64,000 nt of DNA from Maridesulfovibrio sp. (lineage in GTDB: Bacteria > Desulfobacterota > Desulfovibrionia > Desulfovibrionales > Desulfovibrionaceae). The notes below the pieces were generated by a model that was not told the origin of the DNA, did no database searches, and saw nothing but the letters and a program-made list of their open reading frames with translations. The stretch is taken from the NCBI GenBank assembly GCA_963676295.2, contig CAXXJR010000006.1; one strand, given 5' to 3'. Position 1 is the first letter of the stretch; each line of letters starts with the position of its first letter. This document shows positions 1-8,687 of this stretch, in pieces. The translations under genes were made by a program, and so were the position numbers.

Positions 1-103
1 ATAACTTCAAACTCTAATCATAAAGTGGAGATGAACATTTTTGCTAGTTGCGCCTCACTCGAGGTTCAAGTATTCTAAACAAAATTTCAGGAGGTGAGTG
101 AAC

Positions 104-526
104 GTGATCTTTTCAAAAATTCTAATCCCTGTTGACGGCTCAAAACATTCTGACAACGCTGTAAAATATGGGTTCTCTATGGCTAAAATGTGTGGGGCGA
201 AAGTTATTCTTTTACACTGCCATGCCCCGATACCCTCAGGACTTGGTGAACCTAATTTTCAAAAAGCTATAGATGACGCAACACGCAAATCATACGCTAT
301 ACTCCAAAAACATCTGAAAGCTCCTGAAGCTACGAATTTACCCCTCCAAGATAAAATCATTGGCGGAGAAACTACGAAATCAATCGTAACAGTTGCAGAC
401 ACAGAAAAATGTGACCTGATTATAATGGGTTCAAAAGGAAAATCAGACCTTGAAGGACTACTCGTAGGAAGCGTAACTCATAAAGTTCTGAACAGCGCAA
501 GCTGCCCTGTAATGATAATTAAGTAG
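104..526 (+). CDS. universal stress protein (UspA family)
   Basis: The translation has ILIPVDGS, LIIMGSKGKS and VGSVTHKVL, typical of the Usp ATP-binding fold. AGGAGG at 89-94 favours the GTG at 104 over the track start at 98. Confidence 0.85.
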   Translation: MIFSKILIPVDGSKHSDNAVKYGFSMAKMCGAKVILLHCHAPIPSGLGEPNFQKAIDDATRKSYAILQKHLKAPEATNLPLQDKIIGGETTKSIVTVADTEKCDLIIMGSKGKSDLEGLLVGSVTHKVLNSASCPVMIIK

Positions 527-650
527 ACACCTTTCTTTAAGAATCAGATTGTAATTAAATATTATTTATTTTATACTGACACTGATATTCTATGTAGCTT
601 AAATCTCTAGTTTGAATTTATTATACTTCTTAACCGACAGGGAGAGGTGC

Positions 651-1565
651 ATGCGGCTTTTGACACGATCAGACTTTGACGGTTTAGCTTGCGCAGTCCT
701 TCTGACTGATATCGGAATTATGGATAACTGGATGTTTGTCCACCCTAAAGATGTTCAGGATGGTAAATACCCGGGAGATCCAAACGATATAGTTGCAAAC
801 GTCCCGTATATTGAAGGTTGTGGATATTGGTTTGACCACCACTCCAGTGAAGATGAACGCCTTGGAATGGACCTTGACTACCAAGGAATGTCCAGAAAAG
901 CTAAAAGTGCCGCACGAGTCATATGGGAATACTTCGGAGGACACGAAAAATTCGGCGATAAGTTTGATGAAATGCTGCATTACGTCGACAAGGTTGATAG
1001 CGGAGACCTGACAGCGGAAGAAGTAGAAGATCCAACCGGATGGATTATGCTGGGCTTCATTATGGACCCACGAACCGGACTGGGGCGTTACAGACACTTC
1101 CATGTAAGTAACTATCAATTAATGGAAAACTTGATCGATTACTGTCGATCTCTTAATATTACCGAAATTCTTGAACTGCCTGATGTTAAAGAACGGATAG
1201 CTCTTTACTTTGAAAGAAACCAGCAATTCCAAGATATGCTGAAAAGCCATGCTGAAGTGTTCGCAAACGTTTTGGTTCTGGACCTTCGTGAGCAGGAAGA
1301 AATTTATCCCGGCAACAGATTTACTATCTACTCCATGTACCCTCAATGCGACGTAAGCATTCAAATTATGTGGGGCAAGCAGAAACAGAATACCGTTTTC
1401 TCTGTCGGGCACAGTATTATTAAACGCACCTGTAAAGTAGATGTAGGCAGCATTCTTTTACAGTACGGCGGTGGTGGGCACAAGCAAGTCGGTACATGCC
1501 AAGTTCCGCATGAACAAGCTGATGCAGTTCTCGGAGAACTGGTAGCAAAATTCATGAACAAATAA
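651..1565 (+). CDS. DHH/DHHA1 family phosphoesterase
   Basis: It has DFDGLAC (motif I), FDHH (the DHH motif) and a C-terminal GGGGH (DHHA1). GGAGAGG lies just upstream of the ATG at 651, so the track start at 612 is probably too early. Confidence 0.8.
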   Translation: MRLLTRSDFDGLACAVLLTDIGIMDNWMFVHPKDVQDGKYPGDPNDIVANVPYIEGCGYWFDHHSSEDERLGMDLDYQGMSRKAKSAARVIWEYFGGHEKFGDKFDEMLHYVDKVDSGDLTAEEVEDPTGWIMLGFIMDPRTGLGRYRHFHVSNYQLMENLIDYCRSLNITEILELPDVKERIALYFERNQQFQDMLKSHAEVFANVLVLDLREQEEIYPGNRFTIYSMYPQCDVSIQIMWGKQKQNTVFSVGHSIIKRTCKVDVGSILLQYGGGGHKQVGTCQVPHEQADAVLGELVAKFMNK

Positions 1566-1589
1566 CCACATCTAAAATAAATTATATAA

Positions 1590-1618
1590 ATAGCCGTCAT
1601 TGATGACGGCTATTTTTT
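1590..1618 (+). terminator. rho-independent terminator after the DHH gene
   Basis: ATAGCCGTCAT-tg-ATGACGGCTAT forms an 11-bp stem followed by a T-run. Confidence 0.8.
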
Positions 1619-1640
1619 CAGCCTTAGTGTTTATCTAAGA

Positions 1641-1669
1641 TTGACAACATGGTATTTTTGTTAATAATA
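1641..1669 (+). promoter_or_regulatory. sigma70-type promoter candidate for umuDC
   Basis: TTGACA (1641-1646), a 17-nt spacer and ATAATA (1664-1669) lie about 50 nt upstream of the umuD start. Confidence 0.5.
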
Positions 1670-1719
1670 AATAGACAACATTCAAACACAGAAACCCATT
1701 ACGAGAACTTTGACTCAAC

Positions 1720-2154
1720 ATGAGCTATATAAAAAATACTGATTTTTTTTCACCGGAACTAAATACGAAAACAGCTCTCCCCTTTTTCCTATCGGAAGTA
1801 GCTGCGGGATTCCCTTCCCCTGCTGACGATTATATCGACAAAAAAATGGATTTAAATGAGCATCTTATAAACCACCCTGCTGCAACTTTTTTCGTTCGGG
1901 CATATGGCGATTCTATGCGTGATGCCAATATCAAATCAGGAGATATATTAATTGTGGATAGGGCGTTGGACGCAATCAATAGCTCCATAGTAATTGCAGT
2001 TTATAACGGTGAGTTAACAGTAAAAAGGCTGAAACAGACCGGGGAAAAGCTATTCCTGATGCCGGAAAATGAAGACTACCCTGCTCTGGAAGTAACAGAA
2101 GAAACCTCTTTTGAAATATGGGGAGTTGTGACCTATATAATTCACAAAGCCTAA
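1720..2154 (+). CDS. umuD: translesion polymerase V accessory subunit UmuD (S24 LexA-like peptidase)
   Basis: It has an Ala-Gly cleavage site (EVAAGFPSP), the GDSM catalytic Ser motif, and the downstream Lys in VKRL. It is followed directly by umuC. Confidence 0.9.
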   Translation: MSYIKNTDFFSPELNTKTALPFFLSEVAAGFPSPADDYIDKKMDLNEHLINHPAATFFVRAYGDSMRDANIKSGDILIVDRALDAINSSIVIAVYNGELTVKRLKQTGEKLFLMPENEDYPALEVTEETSFEIWGVVTYIIHKA

Positions 2155-2156
2155 TC

Positions 2157-3428
2157 ATGAAAATTTTAGCTCTGGTTGATTGCAATAATTTCTACGTTTC
2201 ATGTGAGCGACTTTTTGCACCTTCTGTGCGAAATGCTCCGGCTGTAGTTTTATCTAACAATGACGGTTGCGTCATCTCCCGTTCGCAGGAAGCAAAAGAT
2301 ATAGGAGTTCCAATGTGTGCCCCTGCATTCAAATACAAATCTTTTTTTGAAAAACATGGAGTGCACGTATTTTCTTCAAATTACGAATTATACGGAGACC
2401 TTTCAAAACGGGTTGTTGATACACTCGCAACCTTCACTCCCGCACTGGAAGTCTATTCTATAGATGAATCCTTTTTAGAATTCCCTGATGCTGACTTTAA
2501 TGATTTAAATGAAATAGGACAAAAAATACGCTGCAAGGTTCTTAAATGGACAGGAATTCCCGTATCTGTTGGGTTCGGAATAACAAAAACTCTTGCTAAG
2601 GCAGCTAATAGATTTGCTAAAAAAGAAAAATGGACAAACGGCGTTTTCAAACTGTGTGACACGCATAAAAACGATAAATTTCTCCAACAAATTCCAATAA
2701 ATGATATTTGGGGAATCGGTAGAAAAAACAGTAAGAAATTAACAGATCGCAATATTCTTACCGCGTATCTCTTCAAAGAACTTCCGGACTTATGGATTCG
2801 AAAAAATTTAACAGTCACGGGGTTGCAGACAGCAATGGAGTTACGTGGAGTTACCTGTTTTCCACTGGATAATTACCAGTCAGCTAAAAAAACAATTGTG
2901 ACCTCCAGATCCTTTGGAAAACCAATTTCCAGTCTACCTGAACTTGAAGAATCAGTAGCTTCCTATATGACCAGAGCGGCTGAAAAACTGCGTAGACAGC
3001 AGTCACTTGCCAAAGGAGTAATGGTCTATATTGAGACCAATCCACACAACTCTCTTCCGCAATACTCAAATAGCGCAAAAGTAGCACTGCAAGTAGCGAC
3101 GGACTACACGCCTGAACTTATTTCAACAGCTATCACCAGCCTTAGATCAATTTACAAATCAGGATACAGATTTAAAAAAACAGGTGTAATTCTACTGGAT
3201 ATTGTCAATAAGTATAACAGACAGACAAATCTTCTAGAACTTACTAATGAGTCGCAAACCCAAAAAAAAGATAGCCTGATGAAAATACTTGATTCGGCAA
3301 ACAGCAGATTCGGCAAAGGAATTTTAAGTTATGCTTCGGAAGGGACTAACAAACCTTGGCAAATGACTAGAAATTTTAAATCAAAAAACTATACTACATG
3401 TTGGGCAGAACTACCGGAAATAAAATAA
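2157..3428 (+). CDS. umuC: Y-family DNA polymerase UmuC
   Basis: The N-terminus MKILALVDCNNFYVSCE and the motif SIDESFL are Y-family hallmarks. The ATG at 2157 follows the umuD stop (2152-2154), so the track start at 2118 overlaps umuD and is unlikely. Confidence 0.9.
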   Translation: MKILALVDCNNFYVSCERLFAPSVRNAPAVVLSNNDGCVISRSQEAKDIGVPMCAPAFKYKSFFEKHGVHVFSSNYELYGDLSKRVVDTLATFTPALEVYSIDESFLEFPDADFNDLNEIGQKIRCKVLKWTGIPVSVGFGITKTLAKAANRFAKKEKWTNGVFKLCDTHKNDKFLQQIPINDIWGIGRKNSKKLTDRNILTAYLFKELPDLWIRKNLTVTGLQTAMELRGVTCFPLDNYQSAKKTIVTSRSFGKPISSLPELEESVASYMTRAAEKLRRQQSLAKGVMVYIETNPHNSLPQYSNSAKVALQVATDYTPELISTAITSLRSIYKSGYRFKKTGVILLDIVNKYNRQTNLLELTNESQTQKKDSLMKILDSANSRFGKGILSYASEGTNKPWQMTRNFKSKNYTTCWAELPEIK

Positions 3429-3601
3429 TATATCCCCCATGCATACCTGCTGCATCCAGCCAAAACTAAAACTCAGTTTAATCAATATCATGTTCCTGCC
3501 ATATGCTAAAACTTGCTCATTCCAAAAGATTAGGGCATTAACAAACAAGAAACGAAAAACAACTAAACCCATTTTTCGTACAAAAGGAACAGCCATATAT
3601 T

Positions 3602-4201
3602 ATGATGAACAATTCCTCAGAGAGACTACTGAAAACAGTCACACTTATGGGAACATCCCTGATTCTAGCATTCCTGATTACCGGATGCGGTACAAAAGAA
3701 GAGGCCACGGGCCTTCATCAGACTGGAACTGTAGCGTTCATGCTTAACTGTGATGAAGCTGCGGCGACATATTTTAAGAAAGCCATTGATGCCAACCCGG
3801 AATACGGACCAAGTTATATAATGCTTGGCGACTGCTATCTGCGCGAGGGTAAACCTCAAGAAGCCGTTGATGTCATTCTCAAGGGATTTCAATTTAAAAT
3901 TGATGAAGGGCAGCAAAGACTGGCACACAGAAAACTGGCCCGGGCTTATAAAGAACTCGGCCAGCCTGAAAAAGCTCTTGAACAGATTACTATCTATACA
4001 AGAATGTCTGTGTATCAGGAAAAATTCGACCCACAGAAACTAAACGAAACTGAAGAATTTGTCTCAGAATTAAAACTTCCTGAGGGGCACGAAGTTGTTT
4101 CAATTTCTCAGATAATGGACGATACTATTAAAGCTAGAGAAAGTTCAAGAAATGCTACAAAAAATGAATCAAGCCTACTAGATATGCTAAATATTTTGTA
4201 A
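3602..4201 (+). CDS. TPR-repeat lipoprotein
   Basis: It has a signal peptide with the lipobox LITGC, and TPR-like AxxYFKKAIxxNP and GxxxEA repeats. Confidence 0.7.
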   Translation: MMNNSSERLLKTVTLMGTSLILAFLITGCGTKEEATGLHQTGTVAFMLNCDEAAATYFKKAIDANPEYGPSYIMLGDCYLREGKPQEAVDVILKGFQFKIDEGQQRLAHRKLARAYKELGQPEKALEQITIYTRMSVYQEKFDPQKLNETEEFVSELKLPEGHEVVSISQIMDDTIKARESSRNATKNESSLLDMLNIL

Positions 4202-4226
4202 TATTTTTTAAAAATCAAATAAAAAA

Positions 4227-4260
4227 ATCCCGCATTCCAAAAAGATGCGGGATTTTTTTT
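4227..4260 (+). terminator. rho-independent terminator
   Basis: ATCCCGCAT-loop-ATGCGGGAT is followed by T8. Confidence 0.85.
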
Positions 4261-4670
4261 GAGAAAAATCAATCCACCATAATTTTTCATATAAATATAA
4301 ATTAATCAGAGTCTTAATGGCAAAACAACCGCTCCAAGACATTTTTACCAATTTGACGACAGGCGGTCTTTGTTTTATCAGATCAACCTATACTAAATTA
4401 GTATGGTGATCTTTAAGTAGATAAGAGCTGTCCAGTAAACAGACAACTATTTAAATTTACAAGTTTTTTTCACACTATACTTTTGTTCACAAGCCCTAAT
4501 CATTGGTATTGTTGCAAACCTCAACCTAAAATAAAATATACCTTCATAAGTGTTAATTTCATTTAACTTGACAGGTTTTCCATTTGGCTTAAAACGATTG
4601 CGTATTTTTAAATAACCAATTTATTCACCGTAATATATCGAACTAACTCGCAAGACTCAGGAGAGTCGTT

Positions 4671-6089
4671 TTGAAATCTCAAAAACACAAAATATTAATT
4701 GCTAACCGAGGTGAGATTGCCGTGCGTATCATGCAGGCATGTAAAGATCTCAATGTCGATTTTGTTAGCGTATACACGGCTGAGGATAAAGATTCAGGAC
4801 ACGTCACCATTGCAAGAGAACTCGGCGGCGAAGAATCAATTTATAAAATCAGATCCTATAACGATGCCGGAGACATTTTTTCTGTTGCGGATGAAACACT
4901 TTGTACAGCTGTTCATCCCGGCTACGGTTTTTTCTCTGAAAATTACCGTTTTGCACGCAGAGTGACAGAAAGAGACCGTCCAATGATTTTCGTTGGTCCT
5001 TCTTGGGAAGTTATTCGCGACCTTGGTGATAAAATTAACACCAAACGCTTAGCCAGAAAACTTGAAGTGCCGACAATCCCAGGATCTGACCGCGCTATTT
5101 ATGATGAACTTGAAGCAGAAGAAATTGCTTCTAATCTGTTTGAATTTCAAGAAAAACAAGGTGTTAAATACCCTGTAGTTCTTGTTAAAGCTTCGGCCGG
5201 CGGCGGCGGGATGGGAATAGACGAGGTATACAGTCTCGAAGAATTCCGCCATGTTTACCGTCAAATCAGAAACTACTCCCTGCGTACATTTAATGATGAA
5301 GGTGTGCTGATAGAACAGCGCATATTCAACTTCAATCACCTTGAAGTGCAGATCGTTTCTGAAAAATCCGGTAAAAAACATGTTCACTTCGGCACCAGAA
5401 ACTGTTCAGTACAGAGTCCTGGCAGGCAGAAGCGAATTGAAGTCGCTCCTGGGTTCTCCCCGGAAGGCATGACTTATTCATTCGACGCTCAAAAAGTTCT
5501 TGATGATATTGTCGCACATTCACTGAGTATGGCAAATGAAATCAACTACGACAGTGTCGGGACATGGGAATGGATTGTAACTCCGAAAGGGGCGCCTTTC
5601 CTCATGGAAGTAAACACTCGTATTCAGGTTGAAAACGGTGTTTCAGCTCAGATATCAAGCATTAAAGGCAACTCAGATGTGAACCTGATCAAAGAACAGA
5701 TCAGACTCTCACTCGGTGAAGAAATCGGCTACACTCAGGATGACATAGAACTTAACGGTGTCGGAATCGAGTATAGAATTATCGCAGAAGATACTGACAA
5801 TAAGTTTGCACCATGGGCTGGAGAAATTGAAAAACTCCATTGGGAAGAACATCCGTGGCTCAAAGTCCATACTCATATTCCTACCAAACTACCCTATCAG
5901 ATCCCTACTGAATTCGACCCGAACTTGGCTCTGGCCATTATTTGGGGAAAAGATCTGGAAGAAGCCAAAAAACGCGGACACGAATTCCTGAATGAATTCG
6001 TACTTGAAGGAAAGGACAGGAAAAACATTTCACTTAAGTCCAACCTGAAGTTTCTGGCTAAAAAAACAAACAATCTACTGGAATTTTAA
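4671..6089 (+). CDS. accC: biotin carboxylase (ATP-grasp, AccC-like), no fused BCCP
   Basis: The translation has KILIANRGEIAVRI, the GGGGMG glycine loop and MEVNTRIQVE. It uses a TTG start preceded by GGAGAG. Confidence 0.85.
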   Translation: MKSQKHKILIANRGEIAVRIMQACKDLNVDFVSVYTAEDKDSGHVTIARELGGEESIYKIRSYNDAGDIFSVADETLCTAVHPGYGFFSENYRFARRVTERDRPMIFVGPSWEVIRDLGDKINTKRLARKLEVPTIPGSDRAIYDELEAEEIASNLFEFQEKQGVKYPVVLVKASAGGGGMGIDEVYSLEEFRHVYRQIRNYSLRTFNDEGVLIEQRIFNFNHLEVQIVSEKSGKKHVHFGTRNCSVQSPGRQKRIEVAPGFSPEGMTYSFDAQKVLDDIVAHSLSMANEINYDSVGTWEWIVTPKGAPFLMEVNTRIQVENGVSAQISSIKGNSDVNLIKEQIRLSLGEEIGYTQDDIELNGVGIEYRIIAEDTDNKFAPWAGEIEKLHWEEHPWLKVHTHIPTKLPYQIPTEFDPNLALAIIWGKDLEEAKKRGHEFLNEFVLEGKDRKNISLKSNLKFLAKKTNNLLEF

Positions 6090-6098
6090 TTATACATT

Positions 6099-8357
6099 AT
6101 GGATATAGAAAAAAAACTGGATGGATTAATCAAGCGGGTTCAGTATGCACGTGACATTCTCGGTGATACCGAGGACAGACGCCTTACAGCCTTTGCCCAG
6201 AAACTTGATACCTTCCTAGACCGGAATATCAATCTGACTCAGGCAGAACTGTGGGATAAACTTAACACTGTAGGCGAAAGCCTCGCTGTTTTGGAAAAGG
6301 ATATTGATAATACCCTGACTCCCATGGACAAGGTCCGTATAGTTCGTCATTCTGAAAGAATCTGTCTCAAAGACATTCTTGAAAATGTTTATGACAACTA
6401 CACTGTTGTCGGCGGCAAGGATGACATGAGCATCGACCCGGGCATGGTCATTGCGCGCGCCTATCTCGCCAGAAGAATAGGCAAAAAAGTGCATAACCAG
6501 CCTGTTATGGTCGTAGGACAGGAAAAAGGTCACGGACAGGAATTCCGTAATGGCGGCTGTATCAAACCTTGGGGAAATGCCAATGCTCTGCGTTATATGA
6601 AAGTCGCAGCACGTGAAAATATTCCTATCCATACCTATGTATTCACTCCGGGTTCCTATCCGGTTGAAGACTACCCCGGTGCAGCTCAGCAGATCGCCGA
6701 AAATATTTACGAAATGTGCGGGCTTGAAGTTCCTGTAATCTCCGTTATTTCTGAAGGCGGATCAGGCGGAGCAGAAGCCATTGCTATGGCGGATAAACGC
6801 CTCATGCTTTCACACGGTTACTACTCAGTTATCTCTCCTGAAGGAGCTGCTGCAATCGAAGGAAGACTTCGCGGCGGACAGCGTGCTCCGGCTGAACTGA
6901 TCAACTCTTGTGCTAAACATCAGTGCATTACTGCGGCAGACAACCTGAAATTCGGCTATATCGACAGCATTATCCATGAGCCTCCATTAGGTTCACGCCC
7001 TGAGCATTTTGAATTTTATAAAACTGTAAGGGCTGAAGTGATCAGAGCAACTGATGAAGTTGTTTTGAGCGTGAAAGGCCTTAGTCCGTTTCGTGGCGCA
7101 GCCATCAAAAGCCGTAATAAAAAAGAACTGACAGATGAGTCTGTATTTGTACGCTGGTCTATCAATTCAAATGAAAAAGACCGCTTACTGTGGAAGAGAT
7201 ATAAAAAATACCGGCGCATGGCTCAAGATGCCTACGAAGATAAGAGAACTCTGGTAGAAAAAATCAATTCTGCGAAAGTGGATGCTATGGCTGCTGCTTA
7301 TTCCACTATCAGGTATGATTTAATAAAAAAATACCAATCCAAACTTCAAAGAATTGTTGAAGAAACTAAAGACGAACTTCATGTCATAACTAATAAAGTT
7401 GACCAACTGAAACAACGAGTTATAGGCAAAGCCGGATTTTCTACCAAAGAAAGTTCTGAAGTAGAATTTGCTTTAACAAAGCTTTCTGCACAAAAAGATG
7501 AAGATATTCCACCAGCTGATTATAGACACTTTATCAGCCCCAGAGCTTCAGAAGACAGAGAAATAACCTGCCCTAATGCTGAAGAGAACGGATGTCTTGA
7601 AATATGGGCACGTGACCTGTTTGACGAATTCGGCGGTGTTTGCCCTACATGCGGTCACCACTTCCCCATGGAATACCGCTGGTATCTCGCCAATGTCTTT
7701 GACTGGGGAACGGTACGCGAATTCAACAAATCAATTTGCGCAACCAATCCGACAAACTTTCCCAATTATCAGGAAAGATTGGACGCAGCGAAGGAAAAAA
7801 CTGGCTTACAAAGCGGATGCATAACTTTTGAAGGCCATATTAAACACACAAAAGTGATCTGTGCTACACTCGTCGCTCCTTTTAGAGGCGGCTCAGTCGG
7901 AGCAGCAGAAGGTGAAAAGTTTATTCGCGCACTCGAACTTGCAGGCAAAAAAAGATATCCGTTTCTGGCATATGTTCACGGAACTGCCGGAATCAGAATT
8001 CAGGAAGGAACAAACGGGCTGATTCAAATGCCGCGCTGTACTCTTGCTGTACGCCGTTACATTGAATCAGGCGGACTTTATATCGTTTTATACGATACAA
8101 ACTCCTATGCAGGCCCTGTAGCAAGTTTCCTTGGCTGTTCTCCATATCAATACGCTGTACGCTCATCACGTCTCGGCTTTGCGGGCCCCGGAGTTATCAA
8201 AGAAACTACCGGACTCGATATTCCACCGGACTATCATTCCGCTTACAATGCTCTCTCTCGCGGTCATATTCAGGATATTTGGGATCGCAGAGATATTCGC
8301 AGAAACCTGCATCAGGCATTCCTGACCGTTGGCGGCAGAAACCTGTATTACAGATAG
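6099..8357 (+). CDS. fused carboxyltransferase, AccA-like N-half and AccD-like C-half
   Basis: The N-half has ISEGGSGGAEAI and SVISPEGAAAI (AccA). A coiled linker follows. The C-half has a Cys4 zinc ribbon (CPNAEENGC...CPTCGHHF) and GGSVGAAEGEK (AccD). Confidence 0.85.
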   Translation: MDIEKKLDGLIKRVQYARDILGDTEDRRLTAFAQKLDTFLDRNINLTQAELWDKLNTVGESLAVLEKDIDNTLTPMDKVRIVRHSERICLKDILENVYDNYTVVGGKDDMSIDPGMVIARAYLARRIGKKVHNQPVMVVGQEKGHGQEFRNGGCIKPWGNANALRYMKVAARENIPIHTYVFTPGSYPVEDYPGAAQQIAENIYEMCGLEVPVISVISEGGSGGAEAIAMADKRLMLSHGYYSVISPEGAAAIEGRLRGGQRAPAELINSCAKHQCITAADNLKFGYIDSIIHEPPLGSRPEHFEFYKTVRAEVIRATDEVVLSVKGLSPFRGAAIKSRNKKELTDESVFVRWSINSNEKDRLLWKRYKKYRRMAQDAYEDKRTLVEKINSAKVDAMAAAYSTIRYDLIKKYQSKLQRIVEETKDELHVITNKVDQLKQRVIGKAGFSTKESSEVEFALTKLSAQKDEDIPPADYRHFISPRASEDREITCPNAEENGCLEIWARDLFDEFGGVCPTCGHHFPMEYRWYLANVFDWGTVREFNKSICATNPTNFPNYQERLDAAKEKTGLQSGCITFEGHIKHTKVICATLVAPFRGGSVGAAEGEKFIRALELAGKKRYPFLAYVHGTAGIRIQEGTNGLIQMPRCTLAVRRYIESGGLYIVLYDTNSYAGPVASFLGCSPYQYAVRSSRLGFAGPGVIKETTGLDIPPDYHSAYNALSRGHIQDIWDRRDIRRNLHQAFLTVGGRNLYYR

Positions 8358-8381
8358 TAAGCAATCTCACACAAAACTAAA

Positions 8382-8420
8382 GAAGCCTCTTTCTGCTAAG
8401 CAGAAAGAGGCTTTTCTTTT
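8382..8420. terminator. bidirectional terminator between convergent genes
   Basis: GAAGCCTCTTTCTGC-taa-GCAGAAAGAGGCTT forms a 14-15 bp stem flanked by A-rich and T-rich runs. Confidence 0.85.
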
Positions 8421-8441
8421 ATATTTAAAAAAACTGACCAG

Positions 8442-8684
8442 TTAAAAGAAATCAGGATCGATTGCAGCATGCCCGTTTGCAAGCATGGTTTTGTAAAACC
8501 TGACTAACTTTTCATCGACCGGAACAATCGGAAAGTTTTTACGGCACGAATCACATTGAACCATAACAGGCTGCGTCGGAGCAATAAACGGTACAGATCT
8601 CTCACAATAAGGACAAGGATATAGAAAAATTATCTCCATACCGCTTGGGCGGACAGGAGATAACGGCTTTCCTGATTCAGACAT
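8442..8684 (-). CDS. small zinc-ribbon protein, function unknown
   Basis: It has two CxxC pairs (CPYC and CDSC). Its start lies 3 nt after the gpmI stop, which suggests co-translation. Confidence 0.6.
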   Translation of the reverse strand: MSESGKPLSPVRPSGMEIIFLYPCPYCERSVPFIAPTQPVMVQCDSCRKNFPIVPVDEKLVRFYKTMLANGHAAIDPDFF

Positions 8685-8687
8685 TTA

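Noticed and set aside
3439-3747. 102-aa ORF overlapping the start of the TPR lipoprotein gene
   Set aside because: It has no RBS and an odd basic composition. It overlaps a CDS that has a clear signal peptide and lipobox.
4316-4334. sigma54-like element TGGCA-N7-CCGCT upstream of accC
   Set aside because: The GG and GC spacing fits, but the -12 element (CCGC) is poor and the site is about 350 nt from the start codon. It is probably chance.
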